A stretch of 64,000 bases of DNA from Marsupella aquatica. Lineage: Eukaryota > Plantae > Marchantiophyta. The stretch covers positions 15,003,375 to 15,067,374 of the forward strand of contig OZ316897.1 of the NCBI GenBank assembly GCA_973895155.1. Direction: 5' to 3'. This document shows positions 13,197 through 23,581 of the stretch, piece by piece (within the stretch, counting starts at the first letter, position 1; each line of letters opens with the position of its first letter). Position numbers and translations under genes: made by a program. The notes below the pieces were generated by a model, which ran no database searches, was not told the DNA's origin, and saw only the letters and a list, made by a program, of their open reading frames with translations.

Positions 13197-13352
13197 CCTA
13201 CTGGACCACAAAAACATGTCATCTATGGTCACCCCGTATAACACAATGCAACCACAATCACCAGGCATCCATCCATACATCTGTGTTGCTTCAGAATTAC
13301 TTTATTACACATCCTTCCCCTCACTAATGTCCATGCAAACAATTCACATTAC

Positions 13353-16300
13353 TCATGGCACAGGCACACTGTTGGCATCTGCATCTCTGAATTCGCCTCC
13401 TTCAGCAAATGCATCTACCCTTGTCACAGGAATGAAGTCCCCGCTATCATGAACTACAGGCACTTGGTCTGAACGCCGACGATCAAAGGCACTATGAGAG
13501 TGTAAATGAAACTCAAGGTTTGATCCTTCCATCCGACGTTGCCTGGCCTGTTTATGACACACTACACGCCAACCTGGGGAGTCTTCCACATCCAGGAAGA
13601 AAGCTTGGTCCACCTGACTAGGAAACACAAATGGCTTAGACCATTCGGGCAATTTCCCTCTGAAATTGGCCAGCAAGAAACCGTCGTTGTCTCTCTTCAT
13701 GGTAGCCCTGTTACCAAGCCAATCCTGCCGCACCCATGAACCTTTCATAAGAATCACAGGACTGGACACCGCCCCATAGTCCAGAGCCCATATGTCAACT
13801 AATTCTCCCACATATCCCATCTCCATCCAGGCCCTGTCGTGATTGTGGCTCTGTTGCTCAAATACAGTGATGAGCCCGCAGTCATTCGTCACCCTGTAGG
13901 CACTGTCACCATCCTTCACTCGGAAGTGATTCCCATATGCTCTCATCCGTTTGTAAGTCTTAACTTTCAGGCTAGGGGCATTAGACAGTAGGTAAACATC
14001 TGCATCCATGTCTGGGTGGGTCTCGTGATGCTCTCTAATTGCCACTCTGATCCACTCCATGAAACCTGGAAAAGTTGTTCCTGCAGTGGGATGGGCCGCC
14101 TTCAATGACTCATACTCCCTGAACGAACAACCACACAGCATTAGCTTGGGTAAACATGAACAGGCTGAAGGAGAAAACCACACGAACATAACATTTAAGC
14201 TCATGAACTGGATTATAGCACATGTATGCACTCACTGTATCCAGGGTTCCATCACCACAGTGTTGTGCAATACAAAGTCATGTGCCAAGTCTCTCATAGA
14301 TATGGTCAGGTTCTTTGTGGTTGCAGCCCCTTCCAGTACTTCACCTATCACCCCTTCCTCCTCATCAGAATTCCACACCCTGGTCTTCACATGCTCATAT
14401 TGTGCTATGTATTCGGTCAGAAATCCCAGAGTCTCATCCTTGATGTAACCTTTAGCCATGCTTGCTTCAGGTTTGTAATATGTTCTCACGTGACCTTTGA
14501 GTAGCTTCATGTACCGTTCCAAAGGGTACAACCAACGAGCACTCACAGGCCCAAATTGGTGTACCTCTTCCACAACATGGACAAGTAGGTGGGTCATGAC
14601 ATCAAAAAATGCGGGAGGAAAATAAATCTCCAGGTCACACAGCACCTGAGCGACATCTTCTGTCAGTTGTGGGAAGTGTGTTTCATCCCAAACCTTCACA
14701 CAAATACGACGAAACACATCACTGAGTCGCATGATCACAGTACGAACAGGCTTTTGCAACAGGCCCCTCAGGCATAAAGGCAACACCTGTTGCATCAACA
14801 TATGGTAGTCATGGCTTTTCATACTACCAAGCTTTCTAGTCATGATATGCTTCTTGAAAGCACTGCCATAGTTTGAAGGAACCTTCAAAGAACTCAACCT
14901 CTGCACAAATAGTTCCCACTCTGTGTCTGTCAGAACATAGGGCGCTTGGTACTTCAAGAGCACATCAGCTCTGTGGGCATGTGGCCTCAACCAAAGATGG
15001 GGTTTCATTCCCCTCTGTTCAAGATCCAATCTCACTGAACCAGTGTCTTTCTCTCCACACAAGAATCTGAGTAGACTCTCACAAATATTCTTTTCAATGT
15101 GCATAACATCAATGTTATGTTTGCTTGGCTCAAACTCCTGCATCGTTGCAATGCAAAAGCGTCAGGAAATGCCTCAAGTTTAGTCTCTCTCTTCGAAATG
15201 AATGCACATGCTCTGAACCAAAACATGTATCCCAATTAGCATCAACTCCAAGAGGCTTACCCTCCAGTACTTGAGCTCCAAGTCCAATATGCTCAGTCTT
15301 TTTACACCATATCGCTTTATTGGATCACTCACTCCATCTTCCCTGCCCCCTCGTTTGATATAGTCATCCCTCAGTGCTCCCCACTGCCTGATCTCCTCTT
15401 TGGTCACTCGTGCCGGGGGTCCACGTTGCTCAATCTCATTGCCAAAGTGTGCAATCAGTGCCTGTCTTTCTCTGTAAGGGTGATCTGCCTTCAGAAAACG
15501 ACGATGGCCCATGTATATCACTTTCTGCAGGGCTCTGGAGTACTCACTGGTGACATTGCGCCCACAGATAGTACAAGCACAATATCCTTTTGTTGTTTGG
15601 CCTGATATCATCCCATGGGCTGGGTAGTCAGCTATAGTCAGAATGACAATGGCTCTAAGGATGAATGGGTTTAACCTCCCAAGCCTCTGTAGGACATCAT
15701 ATGTGAGAACTCCTTCCTCCCAAAGCTTTCTCAATTCCTCCACTAGGGGAGCCAGAAACACATCTATGTTGGCAGATACAGCACTGTCTGGCCCTGGTAT
15801 CAGTAGGACCATCAGAACAAAAAATCGCTTTGTAGTCATCCAAGGAGGAAGGTTATAATTCAAAATAGTTACAGGCCAGCACGAAAATTTGTTGTTCTTG
15901 TCTCCAAATGGGTTTACCCCATCCAATGACAGCCCAAGTCTGACATTCCTTGGCTCAGCAGCAAATTCGGGATACATCTCATCTATGAGTTTCCATTGCC
16001 TTGAATCTGCAGCATGTCGTTGTAGCCCATCATCACTTTTCTTGTCAGTTGCCCAAGTCATCATCTCCGAGATGGCACGGCTTCTGAACATCCGCTGAAG
16101 TCTGGGAATGAGTGGAAAATGACGAAGTACCTTGGCGGGAACCATAGACTTTCCTGAGTTCCGATACCTGTGCTTCCCACACTTAGGGCATGTCAACGAT
16201 TCTTTATACTCCTTTCTGAAAAGAACATGCCCATCAGGACAGGCATGGATCGAATCATAGTTCAATCCAAGATTAGATATGCATCTTTTTGCCTCGTACA

Positions 16301-17084
16301 TGTTCTTGGGCAAAATATTACCATCTGGTAGCACAGTTGTTCGCAAGAATGCCAACAACTCAGAAACCAAAACGTTGGGGATATTGTGGTTGCCGCAAAT
16401 GTTCAGGAACATGATGACAAATCCCAGTTTAGAACATTTGCTACCGGGGTACAAAGACTTCCTGCCTTCCTGTATTTGCAGGGGAGAGCCAAACATCCCA
16501 TCATGCCCAGGGGTTTCCTGCCCTATCTCAAACTCATCAAGAGGCTCTTCGACAGGGGGCACACTTGCATCTGCAGCCGTATCCTCTTCATTGTCCAGCC
16601 CATCATGAAATGCATCCAAGTCTTGGAAGATGTCTCTCACCATCTCTTCCACATGAATTCCTTCGTCACGTGGTGCTGCCTGAGCACCATCCCGTTGGAG
16701 AGCTGACAACCCACAGAGACCAGCTACAACATTTTCAAATGCACCAGGCAGAACCTCACTTGCCCGTCTTGCAGCATTGGCAGCATCAAATTCTAACCTC
16801 CACTCCTCGTCGGAAGAATCTTCCTCTGCAGGATCATTCCAAACTCGATGTCGTGGATCTCTTCCATGAACCGCGATATGCCGCCAAACCTCATTCAGAT
16901 CCCTGGTACGGGATCCTTGGCAGATTGCACAAGGACATCTCATCCTACTGGCTCCTGAAAGTCTGGTTCTTAACCTTTCACGCTGCCAAAGCTTATTATC
17001 ATGGCGTGATATCCTTGTGGGATGATGCAAAGGCAGTGCCTGTGCCCTGGGCTGGGTCTGGGGAGGGTGGTGACCAGGGTGCAT
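13353..17084 (-). CDS. CACTA transposase TnpD (Transposase_21/tnp2 + DUF4218 + DUF4216), 3 exons, ~1163 aa, apparently intact
   Basis: Exons 17084-15261, 15137-14236 and 14118-13353 join in frame (3492 nt). Motifs: IHACPDG, VLRHFPLIPRLQRMF, EPRNVRLGLSLDGVNPF, YNLPPW, DVMHIEKN, MKSHDYH, FFDVMTHLLVH, WLYPLER, PFVFPSQVDQAFF. Confidence 0.93.
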
Positions 17085-17517
17085 TGTAACAGGCTGGGAG
17101 CTCTGCAGTCATGGACAGCAGTGAACAAGGATGCCTAATGGTGGTATTTGTGTTCCATATATCCCTGACTGTATCTGCCAAAAGAGTTAACATAACGTGT
17201 ACTAAATTCTCACAAACCCTAAACCACCCCAAAAGAAAAAAACAGGTTCGCAAGTAGTGTACCTATTGTCAAGTGAATGACACAAAATTCCTAAATGTTG
17301 GAGGGTGTCACCACCTCCTCCGCTGTCCTCAAATGTACCGCCTCTGCATGTACGTTTATAGTGACACCCCCAGGCAGCAGGAAACAACAATCCGCCAACA
17401 GTAAAATAAGCCCAACTGCCACCAACCATAACAAGGTACATTAGTTCAAAGATCACATTTATTTCAATGATCTGATTTATACAAAAAAACTTGTGTCCAA
17501 ACTGATGCTACTACTCC

Positions 17518-18390
17518 TCACTCTGATTCAGAATCGCTAATGACCCATTCCTCACTTGTTGTCTCATAGTCCTCTCTGTAAGGATCCTGACCCTTCCGTG
17601 GCCAGGCCTCAAAAAGATCATAGTCCATTGGGTTTTGACGCTTCCCAGCTGCTACTGATTCCACAAGCCAAGCATATGAAACCACAAACACATTATGGGA
17701 CATGACATAAAAGCGAATGTCTCCCTTCCCAAACTTGCGGCAGGCTTTGGGATATGACTTAGTAATGACATGAGTGGTGTCCTCTGTTATATTCTCCTCC
17801 ACTGTCCCACCTAGGTCAAGCACTGTGGACTTGTACACTTTGCACTTAACCTCTCCAATTCCCGCCTCCACAAATACCATGCTCAGCCCTTTCAGAATGG
17901 GGGTTGGTTGCTTCGTCTCCTCAGCCAACATACTCTTCAGCCTTGTAGAGCTCTGTCCTTTGTTGAGTACAGGTCCATATTGGAGATCAGCAAGCCGTGC
18001 CTTTGCTTCCCAGACTTCTTGTTCAGCCCAAGCTGATGCAGTAGCTTCTTCATCCTCCCACAACTCATATTGCTCAGTATCCTGTACAATCTTATGTGCT
18101 ATGGAATCTGTGATCCAAGAGGCCTCAACTACTTTTAGGCCTTGCTTAGTAATTGCAGAATTCATGTAGGACCATGACCACTTCTTTATCACTGATAGCC
18201 ATGTCCCTGCAACAACATGTGTAGTCTCTGGAGTGATGTGCTGAACTACAATGCCATGGAGCTCAGAGAATCGTTTCTGTACAGTTGGCCAATGCACTTT
18301 GGTCAACCCATGCTGGCCATGGACCAAAATCGCTCTGACCCCTGTAAACACTGCTGGGTGGTCACACTTTCTACGTTTACCAGGCTCCAT
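17518..18390 (-). CDS. Tandem BRCT-domain protein (DNA polymerase lambda-like BRCT), CACTA cargo
   Basis: Two BRCT repeats: VFTG...THVVA...VVEASWITDSI...YEL and ILKG...LGGTVEE..THVI...VVSYAWLVESV.AG...YDL. First ATG at 18390; open, intronless ~290 aa; AATAAA downstream (~17460). Confidence 0.85.
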   Translation of the reverse strand: MEPGKRRKCDHPAVFTGVRAILVHGQHGLTKVHWPTVQKRFSELHGIVVQHITPETTHVVAGTWLSVIKKWSWSYMNSAITKQGLKVVEASWITDSIAHKIVQDTEQYELWEDEEATASAWAEQEVWEAKARLADLQYGPVLNKGQSSTRLKSMLAEETKQPTPILKGLSMVFVEAGIGEVKCKVYKSTVLDLGGTVEENITEDTTHVITKSYPKACRKFGKGDIRFYVMSHNVFVVSYAWLVESVAAGKRQNPMDYDLFEAWPRKGQDPYREDYETTSEEWVISDSESE

Positions 18391-18982
18391 GTACACACAC
18401 CCTACGTGATGACAGTGAATTTTGGAAGAATGGGTTCACCTGACAATACAAGGACAACAAAATTCCTGCTTTTTGAGTTGATCTGGCCCACTGGTGCTCA
18501 GGTCCGATTTTGATAGGTACAAGGGATATGTGAACAATACATACTAGGCACCTGCACGGATGCAGGACATTGTTTGAATATATACTACAAAATCCATATC
18601 CGTGGTGAAATGAAGTGCAACCAACTTGTCATGGCACATACATATTTTGTTGTAAAGGAGGATACATTCAATGACAAACTTATAGGGCAATTTGATTAAT
18701 TGCATGCCTGATAATTTATACGCTTACAACTTAGAAGTCCTATTTTAATTTAGCAGTCTGATGAAAGTGTTTATGAAAATGACCACTCAGCCTAAATACT
18801 TCCAAGAAGGCTTGTAAGGATAAGTTTGTATAGGCATGTACCCAGCCACTGACGCCAGAGCACAACATAAGTGCTGCCTATATAAACTCGCCTACCCAAC
18901 TCCTTTTCAAAATTGGAATCTCTGCAATCTCAAAAAATAGTACATCCACATCAGGTGCACTGTGCATGTACAATGTTCAGCT

Positions 18983-19663
18983 TCACAGCCAAGATATGTG
19001 ATCTCTCACAGGAGTGCGCGAGGTAGGATCAATGGCATGGCGATGACAATAAAATATCCATCGATCAACACCATGTGCAGAGTGATCATAGATTTCTCTG
19101 TCACAAGCATAACCCTCTGCTTGATGATCTTTCAGGCAATGATAGTGCCACATAGTGGGACACCTAGCACAGTGGACTATGTCAGTCCAGTAGTCATCAT
19201 CATGCTCACCACATGCCTTGCACCTATGAAGTGGGCAAGCTGTGGCATGAGCAGGCAAACACTCAAAACAGAAAAATCTCACACAAAAACGGTCTGGACA
19301 TTTCCTAACATTTGCTGCAGCATCAACAGAGCCCTCATAGGACCCCAACTTCCCACACTGTGCACACTTAGCCTGCTTCTCCAAACAATCAGTGCACATC
19401 CAGTCTCCCTGGTGTGTTGACGGGAGGCCCACCCCTGGACAGTTGTTTTCTGCAGCAAGGTCAGACTCCGGGTTGAGGTGGAAATGCCTCATGCAAGGGC
19501 CCTCACAAATGACCAGGCCCCCACCATCGTCACAAATGGCACAACAATGAGCTGCCTTCTGGAAAATCTGACTTGCAGAGAAGTTAGTAGCATCTGCCCC
19601 AAGTACACCTGTGTTTCTCACCTCTGTCACACGCTTTTTGGCTTGAATTTTAGGCCGTGCCAT
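18983..19663 (-). CDS. EDM2-type composite PHD-finger protein (stand-alone), CACTA cargo
   Basis: CAICDDGG.L.ICEGPCMRHFH...C..C...C..CGKLGS...C....C...CPLHRC..C...C.RCP..WH..CL...IFYC..HAID...RTPVRDHI matches the EDM2 PHD block as recalled (CAICDNGG..CCEGSCLRSFH...CPLHKC...CRRCPKSYHRKCL...LIYCQEHEID...TPVRDH). Confidence 0.85.
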   Translation of the reverse strand: MARPKIQAKKRVTEVRNTGVLGADATNFSASQIFQKAAHCCAICDDGGGLVICEGPCMRHFHLNPESDLAAENNCPGVGLPSTHQGDWMCTDCLEKQAKCAQCGKLGSYEGSVDAAANVRKCPDRFCVRFFCFECLPAHATACPLHRCKACGEHDDDYWTDIVHCARCPTMWHYHCLKDHQAEGYACDREIYDHSAHGVDRWIFYCHRHAIDPTSRTPVRDHISWL

Positions 19664-19676
19664 GCCTGCGCATGAG

Positions 19677-19818
19677 ATAGACTCTACAATTTAGCAGACT
19701 GCACAAAAAGTAAAATATATTTAGCATTTAAGGTACAAAGGCATTTAGATAGACTCTACAATTTAGCAGACTGCACAGAAAGTAAAATATATTTAGCATT
19801 TAAGGTACAAAGGCATTT
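19677..19818 (+). repeat. Tandem duplication, 2 x ~71 bp
   Basis: atagactctacaatttagcagactgcaca(a/g)aaagtaaaatatatttagcatttaaggtacaaaggcattt occurs twice. Confidence 0.9.
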
Positions 19819-20433
19819 GCTACTGCAATGAATTGGAATGGCCACACAAGGATGCAGAGCACACATACTTTTGGTATGTTGAGCCCACACACAAAACTGA
19901 TCCCCTAATACAATTTCTCCACCAACACCTCAATTTTAATTGTGGCTATGATTCACCAAAGGAGATCTGCAACAACATTTCATGCATTTGAATCACATAC
20001 AATAGTCGTGACATGTAAAACAGGCATTCTTCGAAGAGGATTGGTATGAAGCAGTGTCATAAGGGTTGAAATTTATACATCCTAAATAGGTTATGATAGT
20101 GGCTGAGACAAATAAGTGAGGCATAAATCATTTTGCATATTATCACATGGCCCATACATTCATTCAACGTTGCAATGTTCACCAGGTTAAAGCAGTCATG
20201 AAAGCAGTCTTTCAATAGAGACTTTTATGCGAGTTTGCTTGCCTCTTAAATTAGGATATTTTGCTTAGTGCAGGCATAATAGGATATAAGTTATGTACTG
20301 TTGACCCTAAACCCTGGACCCAAAATTGCTCATACATCAAAATTTTAAGTAAATATCCTCTGTGTTGAAGTCAGAGTGTTAAGCTATAGGTCAATGGTAT
20401 CTGGTCTGTGCATGCGGTGTGACAAGTGGTCCT

Positions 20434-20883
20434 CTAGAGCATGTGATCCAAACATGTGTAGACACCAAAGTCACCGGTGGTGGGGTCTGGGAGGGCAAGA
20501 CAAGTGACATCACCAGGCACACTGCAGGATGGCGAGTGGTTCCAGATGATACATTGTGCTCTGTGCAAAAATCGGCATCCAAGAGAACGGTCATCCAATT
20601 CTGGGCCAGAAGCCCTACAGGCAGGACAGTCATATTGGCAACTGTGTACACACCCTTGGCACCTAATTTGTGGCGGGTCATGTACAAGAGACACAAATAC
20701 CAAGGATGTCGGGAAGGGTACTGAAGCAGGTAGAGGCCGGCTGTAGTTGTTCCTGGAAACAACAGGGTACTCAAAGTACCATGCAGACTGGACTGGAAGG
20801 ATCCCAAGTCTGACATACTCAAGGCGCAACATCTCTGCCTTGCGTGCAAGTCGCACATGTTCAGCGTTGCGGGTCCTCACCAT
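20434..20883 (-). CDS. Small Cys/His-rich ORF of unknown function (possible zinc finger), CACTA cargo
   Basis: ATG-initiated 149 aa, co-oriented with the other CACTA genes; CQGC...CQYDCPAC...CRFLH...C cluster. Confidence 0.45.
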   Translation of the reverse strand: MVRTRNAEHVRLARKAEMLRLEYVRLGILPVQSAWYFEYPVVSRNNYSRPLPASVPFPTSLVFVSLVHDPPQIRCQGCVHSCQYDCPACRASGPELDDRSLGCRFLHRAQCIIWNHSPSCSVPGDVTCLALPDPTTGDFGVYTCLDHML

Positions 20884-21891
20884 AAGTGTTGCTTTCGTTG
20901 TGATGTCCTCTGTTCACGTCCTTTGATGAGCAAGGTGAGCAGGAGGTCGACTTGCCTCGCCAACAGCAACCACCTAAACTAATCAGTTCCCACTCATTGT
21001 CTTGGTTCCAACTACAGGTCATAGTATACACATAGCATGAAACGTGCATAGTACATATTTGATTCTGAGTTTATGAGTTTCCTAAGACAAAGAGCTTGGT
21101 GATAAACCCATATTCTCGACGGACATGTATATCAATCATATTAAACTCCTGTTTTTTCATCCAGAAAGACCGAAAGTCTCACCTTGCAGGTTGCAGCAGA
21201 GAGAAAATTCACTGGTTGTCGTGTTGTGCAAGTGAACCTCCACTGATGCCCCGGTGTAGCCCCTCAGATGCAGGTGACACTTACCAACTCCCAAGTTGCC
21301 TGGTCTAACAGAAAATGCTTATATCTTCAGAACTTTATAGAGCAAGTACATGATCACATACTTCTGGATCTATTCATATTTGGAACTCTTGCCAACTACA
21401 ACTCCCATTATGCACAAGCTCACATCAACAGAGAAAGATACAGAATGCATACTTACTATGGCTCTAAGCACCTTCACTACCTTGTTGAACCCAGTCCTGA
21501 AGTCTTTTCAGCGTGTTTGTTGTGCTGTCTCCTTTGGCACCCAACACCTTAGTCCTTGATGTAACAGAATGCGATTTTACAAGTTAGATGCTTTGGAACC
21601 TTCTATGGTCTTAGCTGAATTGATGTCATCGTAAGTGGTGAAAGACAAGGAAGACGAAAGCTGGTTGAAGAGCTGTGGACAACACACTAGCATGAAGTGC
21701 TTCAACCAATCCACTGCCAAACGGAACTCTTACACAGTCACATTCTTTTAGTAAACAAAAACTCAGTCAAACTTCAGAATCAAAGTACAGACTCTGAAGG
21801 ACCAAAGGAGGATGTTGTGAGTTTCTCTGTTGTTTAATGTGTTACCCTTCTAGTTTCGAAGTTAGCAAATGCTGAATAATGTGTCTACCAG

Positions 21892-22234
21892 ATCTTCGAA
21901 AAGAAGCCCACCACAATTAAGAACTTCGGTATCTGGGTCCACGTATCAGAGTCGTATAGGTTATCACAACATGTACAAGGAATATTGTGATACCACAAGA
22001 AACGGAGCTGCAGAGCAGATGTATGATGAGATGACTTCTTGTCATAGAGTTCGGTTCCCTTGCATCCAGATCATGAAGACTACGACAGTCCCTGTCTCTC
22101 TGTGCAAGCGAGAAAGTACCAAGCAGTTCCATGATTCAAAGATCAAGTTCCCCTTGACGTACTGCAAGATTCAACCTCCATTGCGAAAGCTAAAGAAGAC
22201 TTACAAGGCCACCAAGCCCAACACAATTGTTTGA
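21892..22234 (+). pseudogene. RPL18A: Captured last exon of 60S ribosomal protein L18a (eL20), frameshifted
   Basis: [16 protein letters not shown](+1 nt)[61 protein letters not shown]...[11 protein letters not shown], preceded by intron-like sequence ending ...CTACCAG. Confidence 0.92.
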
Positions 22235-23419
22235 GTAGTGCGGGTGCAGGTTCCCAATTTTGAGACAATTTGGCTCATTTTATGTCCCGAGGGAATCCTG
22301 GAGTTTATGTATTGAGTTTCTAGGTGAAGATGCTTAATATAAGGAAATTCAATTATCACTTCGTTCCCAACTTCTATTAATTGAAAATACACAAGCTGGA
22401 AGCAAGAAGACAAGCCACAATCTAGCATCTTAGCCAAACACAATCGTCCCGACAAAGCAAAACTCAGCTGGACAGAAGTCACTCGGATCCACAAAAAAAT
22501 GAAGATTCACCTCCAAGCCGGAGGCTGATCACTTCAGTACAGCAGCTTCTAAACGGAACAAACTCTGCTCAGCCCCACAGAAACACAAATGTTAAGGCTC
22601 CAAGTCAGAGCTCACAAACAGAAACTCAGATAAATAACATTCAAAATCTGTCCAGGTTTGTGCAAAGTGTACATATTCATTCTTTTGGAATGAACACGCA
22701 ATGCATACATCACCTAGACACAGTCATTATAAATCATTGGGCGATTGGGGACCACTAAGCACGTGTGTTCCTATTTCGAGGCTACAGGAAAGGATAGAGT
22801 GACACCAAACTCAAGAGTACACCAAAAGAAAAACAGCAAGAACCAAAGTCAATCATGTGTGGATAAACTGCACATGGGAAGTTCCCCTGAAGAAGCATCA
22901 GTTGCTAACATTGTCACCCGAACCACACCTAGTTTATGACCTCAATGTCTTCAGCCTCAATATCCAATCCTCAGCCCCCTGGTGCTTCCGTGTTTGTTCT
23001 GAAAATTTCTGTGATGAAATAATTATTCAATACATTCAATAGGAGTTCAGACAATCTGAAGAGGACTTTGGACTTGAATGGGGGACAGCGTGGCCATATA
23101 GTTATCCTTGTGGCCTTCAGCTACGTGTCTCACGCTGAATTTCACTTTCCAGTTTCGAGAGTTGTGAAGGTCTAGTTTTAGTAACTTCCTCCTGACTCGA
23201 CTTGGGAGCATTCTCTGTATTTGCTAGCTTGTAGTTAGCTTTGACTCCTTTCAGCTTAGTTGATGACCCTCTTGAGATATTAACAATTAGAACAAACACA
23301 AGTTGTCAAGACAGATTCCACCGGAGCAAAAAGTCCAAAACCAGGTGAATGAAAACCTAAGGAGAGTCCATAAGAACGAAAGTAGGAAGGCAGGCGCACG
23401 GGCCACCGAGAAAAGTAAA

Positions 23420-23581
23420 GGATGCATGTCATTAGTGGGGAGGGATCTTAGCAAAAGCAAGGGAAAGCAAGGGAACTTGCGGCTGAAATCAGCTGAAAGA
23501 TGCATGTGATTAGTGGGAGGGATCTTAGCAAAAACAGGGGAAAGCAAGGGAACTTGCGGCTAAAATCAGCTGAAAGATGCA
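23420..23581 (+). repeat. Tandem duplication, 2 x ~78 bp
   Basis: gatgcatgt.attagtggg.agggatcttagcaaaa.ca.gggaaagcaagggaacttgcggct.aaatcagctgaaa occurs twice. Confidence 0.85.
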
